From positions 1 to 35,130 of the forward strand of contig NW_021829916.1 in assembly GCF_006345805.1 (NCBI RefSeq): a stretch of DNA of 35,130 nt, written 5' to 3'. A model generated the notes under the pieces. That model did no database searches. It saw only the letters and a list, made by a program, of their open reading frames with translations, and was not told the DNA's origin. The stretch is from Octopus sinensis. Its lineage: Eukaryota. Positions within the stretch are counted from its first letter, which is position 1, and each line of letters begins with the position of its first letter. Position numbers and translations under genes: made by a program. Positions 33,744 to 35,130 of this stretch are shown one piece after another.

Positions 33744-33750
33744 TTCTGTT
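33744..33750 (-). other. Candidate 7-nt microexon AACAGAA
   Basis: Very long polypyrimidine acceptor CTCTTACCTTCGTTCTGTCTTTTCTTATTTCAG followed 7 nt later by GAA|GTAAAT. Confidence 0.3.
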
Positions 33751-34342
33751 CTGAAATAAGAAAAGACAGAACGAAGGTAAGAGTTGAATAGTTAAACACG
33801 TAACTTACTGCATAAACACACACGGACTCACTTAGACACACGCACACCCACCCACCCACATGCACACACACACACACCACACACACACACCACACACACA
33901 AACACTGACGCACACGCATAATATCCTGAGAAAGATCGTTTCTGCACATTTGCGTTTGAATTTCTTGATGCTGTTTACTTCCCTCATCGATCCCGGTCGG
34001 ACTGATTCTTTGTTCACAGACATTCCAACCATGACGCATTAACCGAGTATTGCCTTTAAACCAGTGTTAAAACAATAGGGCCGGTGTTTAAGCATGGGGG
34101 TGTTTTCGTTGCTATTTCTAGCTGGCCGAACGACCAGGTAGAAGCTCACTTGTTGACACGACATACAAACATCGTCTTCAGTAAATTCCGTGTAAAGATG
34201 GCGACAGCTTGCCGCGCCACCATTTTCTTCCTCGTTAATACTACATATTCATTAGACGTATTAACTCAGCGCCTCCGTTACATTTAGACAATGATAAAGG
34301 AATATGTTTGTGCGTTCTTTTCTTCTTCTTCTTCTTCTTCTT

Positions 34343-34373
<31 letters not shown>

Positions 34374-34615
34374 TTTCCTCCTCCTCTTCTTCTTCTTACA
34401 CCTATCACAAATATGGAGGGACGCTCCCGTAATATTTACACAGCTTAAGACGGATAGCATCTAATTTGTAACACCTTTTTATATGAAAGCTTATTAATAC
34501 ATAATAGGTTTCCAATATTGTTAACAATAATGACACTGATAATGTTAGTAAATGTATGTATGTATGTATGTATGTATGTATGTATGTATGTATGTATGTA
34601 TGTATGTATGTATGC

Positions 34616-34648
<33 letters not shown>

Positions 34649-34901
34649 TGTATGTATGTATTTATGTATGTATGTATGCATATTTACATACATAAATACA
34701 TACAAACACAGCTATATATAGATACATATACACACAAACACATACACATATGTATATGTTGGTGTGTGTATGTGTATCAATGTATTTACATATGAATGTT
34801 TGTGTGTATTTATGTATGTAAGCTCAGTTCTAGCTTTATATGTGCGCATAATTTTCTGCTTATATATATATAAGCAAACAGACACAGCAAACAGACACAG
34901 G

Positions 34902-35130
34902 ATGGACACCGCCGGCAACAACGTACACCTCACCTCGATACTCCTACTGAACATCAGAGGACTGCAAACACTCAGTAACAGGACAAAGATCCCGTTCCTG
35001 AGAGACTTTGTTGCATGCAATCAAGCCTTATGCATAGCACTTACAGAAACGCACCTGAAACCGGACATAGCAGATGCGGAGTTACACATACCACAGTATG
35101 CTGTACTACGGACCGACAGGAAAGAAAGGA
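34902..35130 (+). CDS. N-terminus of a LINE ORF2 AP-endonuclease domain (CR1/L2-like), open to the window end
   Basis: MDTAGNNVHLTSILLLNIRGLQTLSNRTKIPFLRDFVACNQALCIALTETHLKPDIADAELHIPQYAVLRTDRKER: the NIRG, LTETHL and YxxxRxDR motifs, with 76 codons and no stop. Confidence 0.88.
   Translation, partial: MDTAGNNVHLTSILLLNIRGLQTLSNRTKIPFLRDFVACNQALCIALTETHLKPDIADAELHIPQYAVLRTDRKER

Overview
AT-rich, microsatellite-saturated eukaryotic DNA, mostly intronic or intergenic. The SINE families make an octopod cephalopod the likely source (inference from recalled repeat consensus; no search was run). No complete conventional gene, rRNA, true tRNA gene or CRISPR array is supported, and nearly all ORF-track entries are translated microsatellites. 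The window holds at least four tRNA-derived SINE families (labelled A-D/V here for convenience), CR1/L2-like, RLE-type (R4/Dong-like), Tx1/L1-like and RTE-like LINE relics, a Penelope-like fragment with a mutated hammerhead ribozyme, three mariner derivatives and a Tc1 relic. Most worth follow-up: (1) a possible minus-strand chain of very small exons ending in a Cys-containing C-terminus, with one 5' splice site buried in a hairpin; (2) six retroelements strung in one orientation along a (TAA)n tract; (3) two independent SINE trimers with the same 184-bp period and junction; (4) a SINE and a LINE sharing a 3' tail; (5) a near-perfect 78-bp inverted repeat. All mechanisms are hypotheses. Boundaries of degenerate repeats are approximate (about 10-20 bp).
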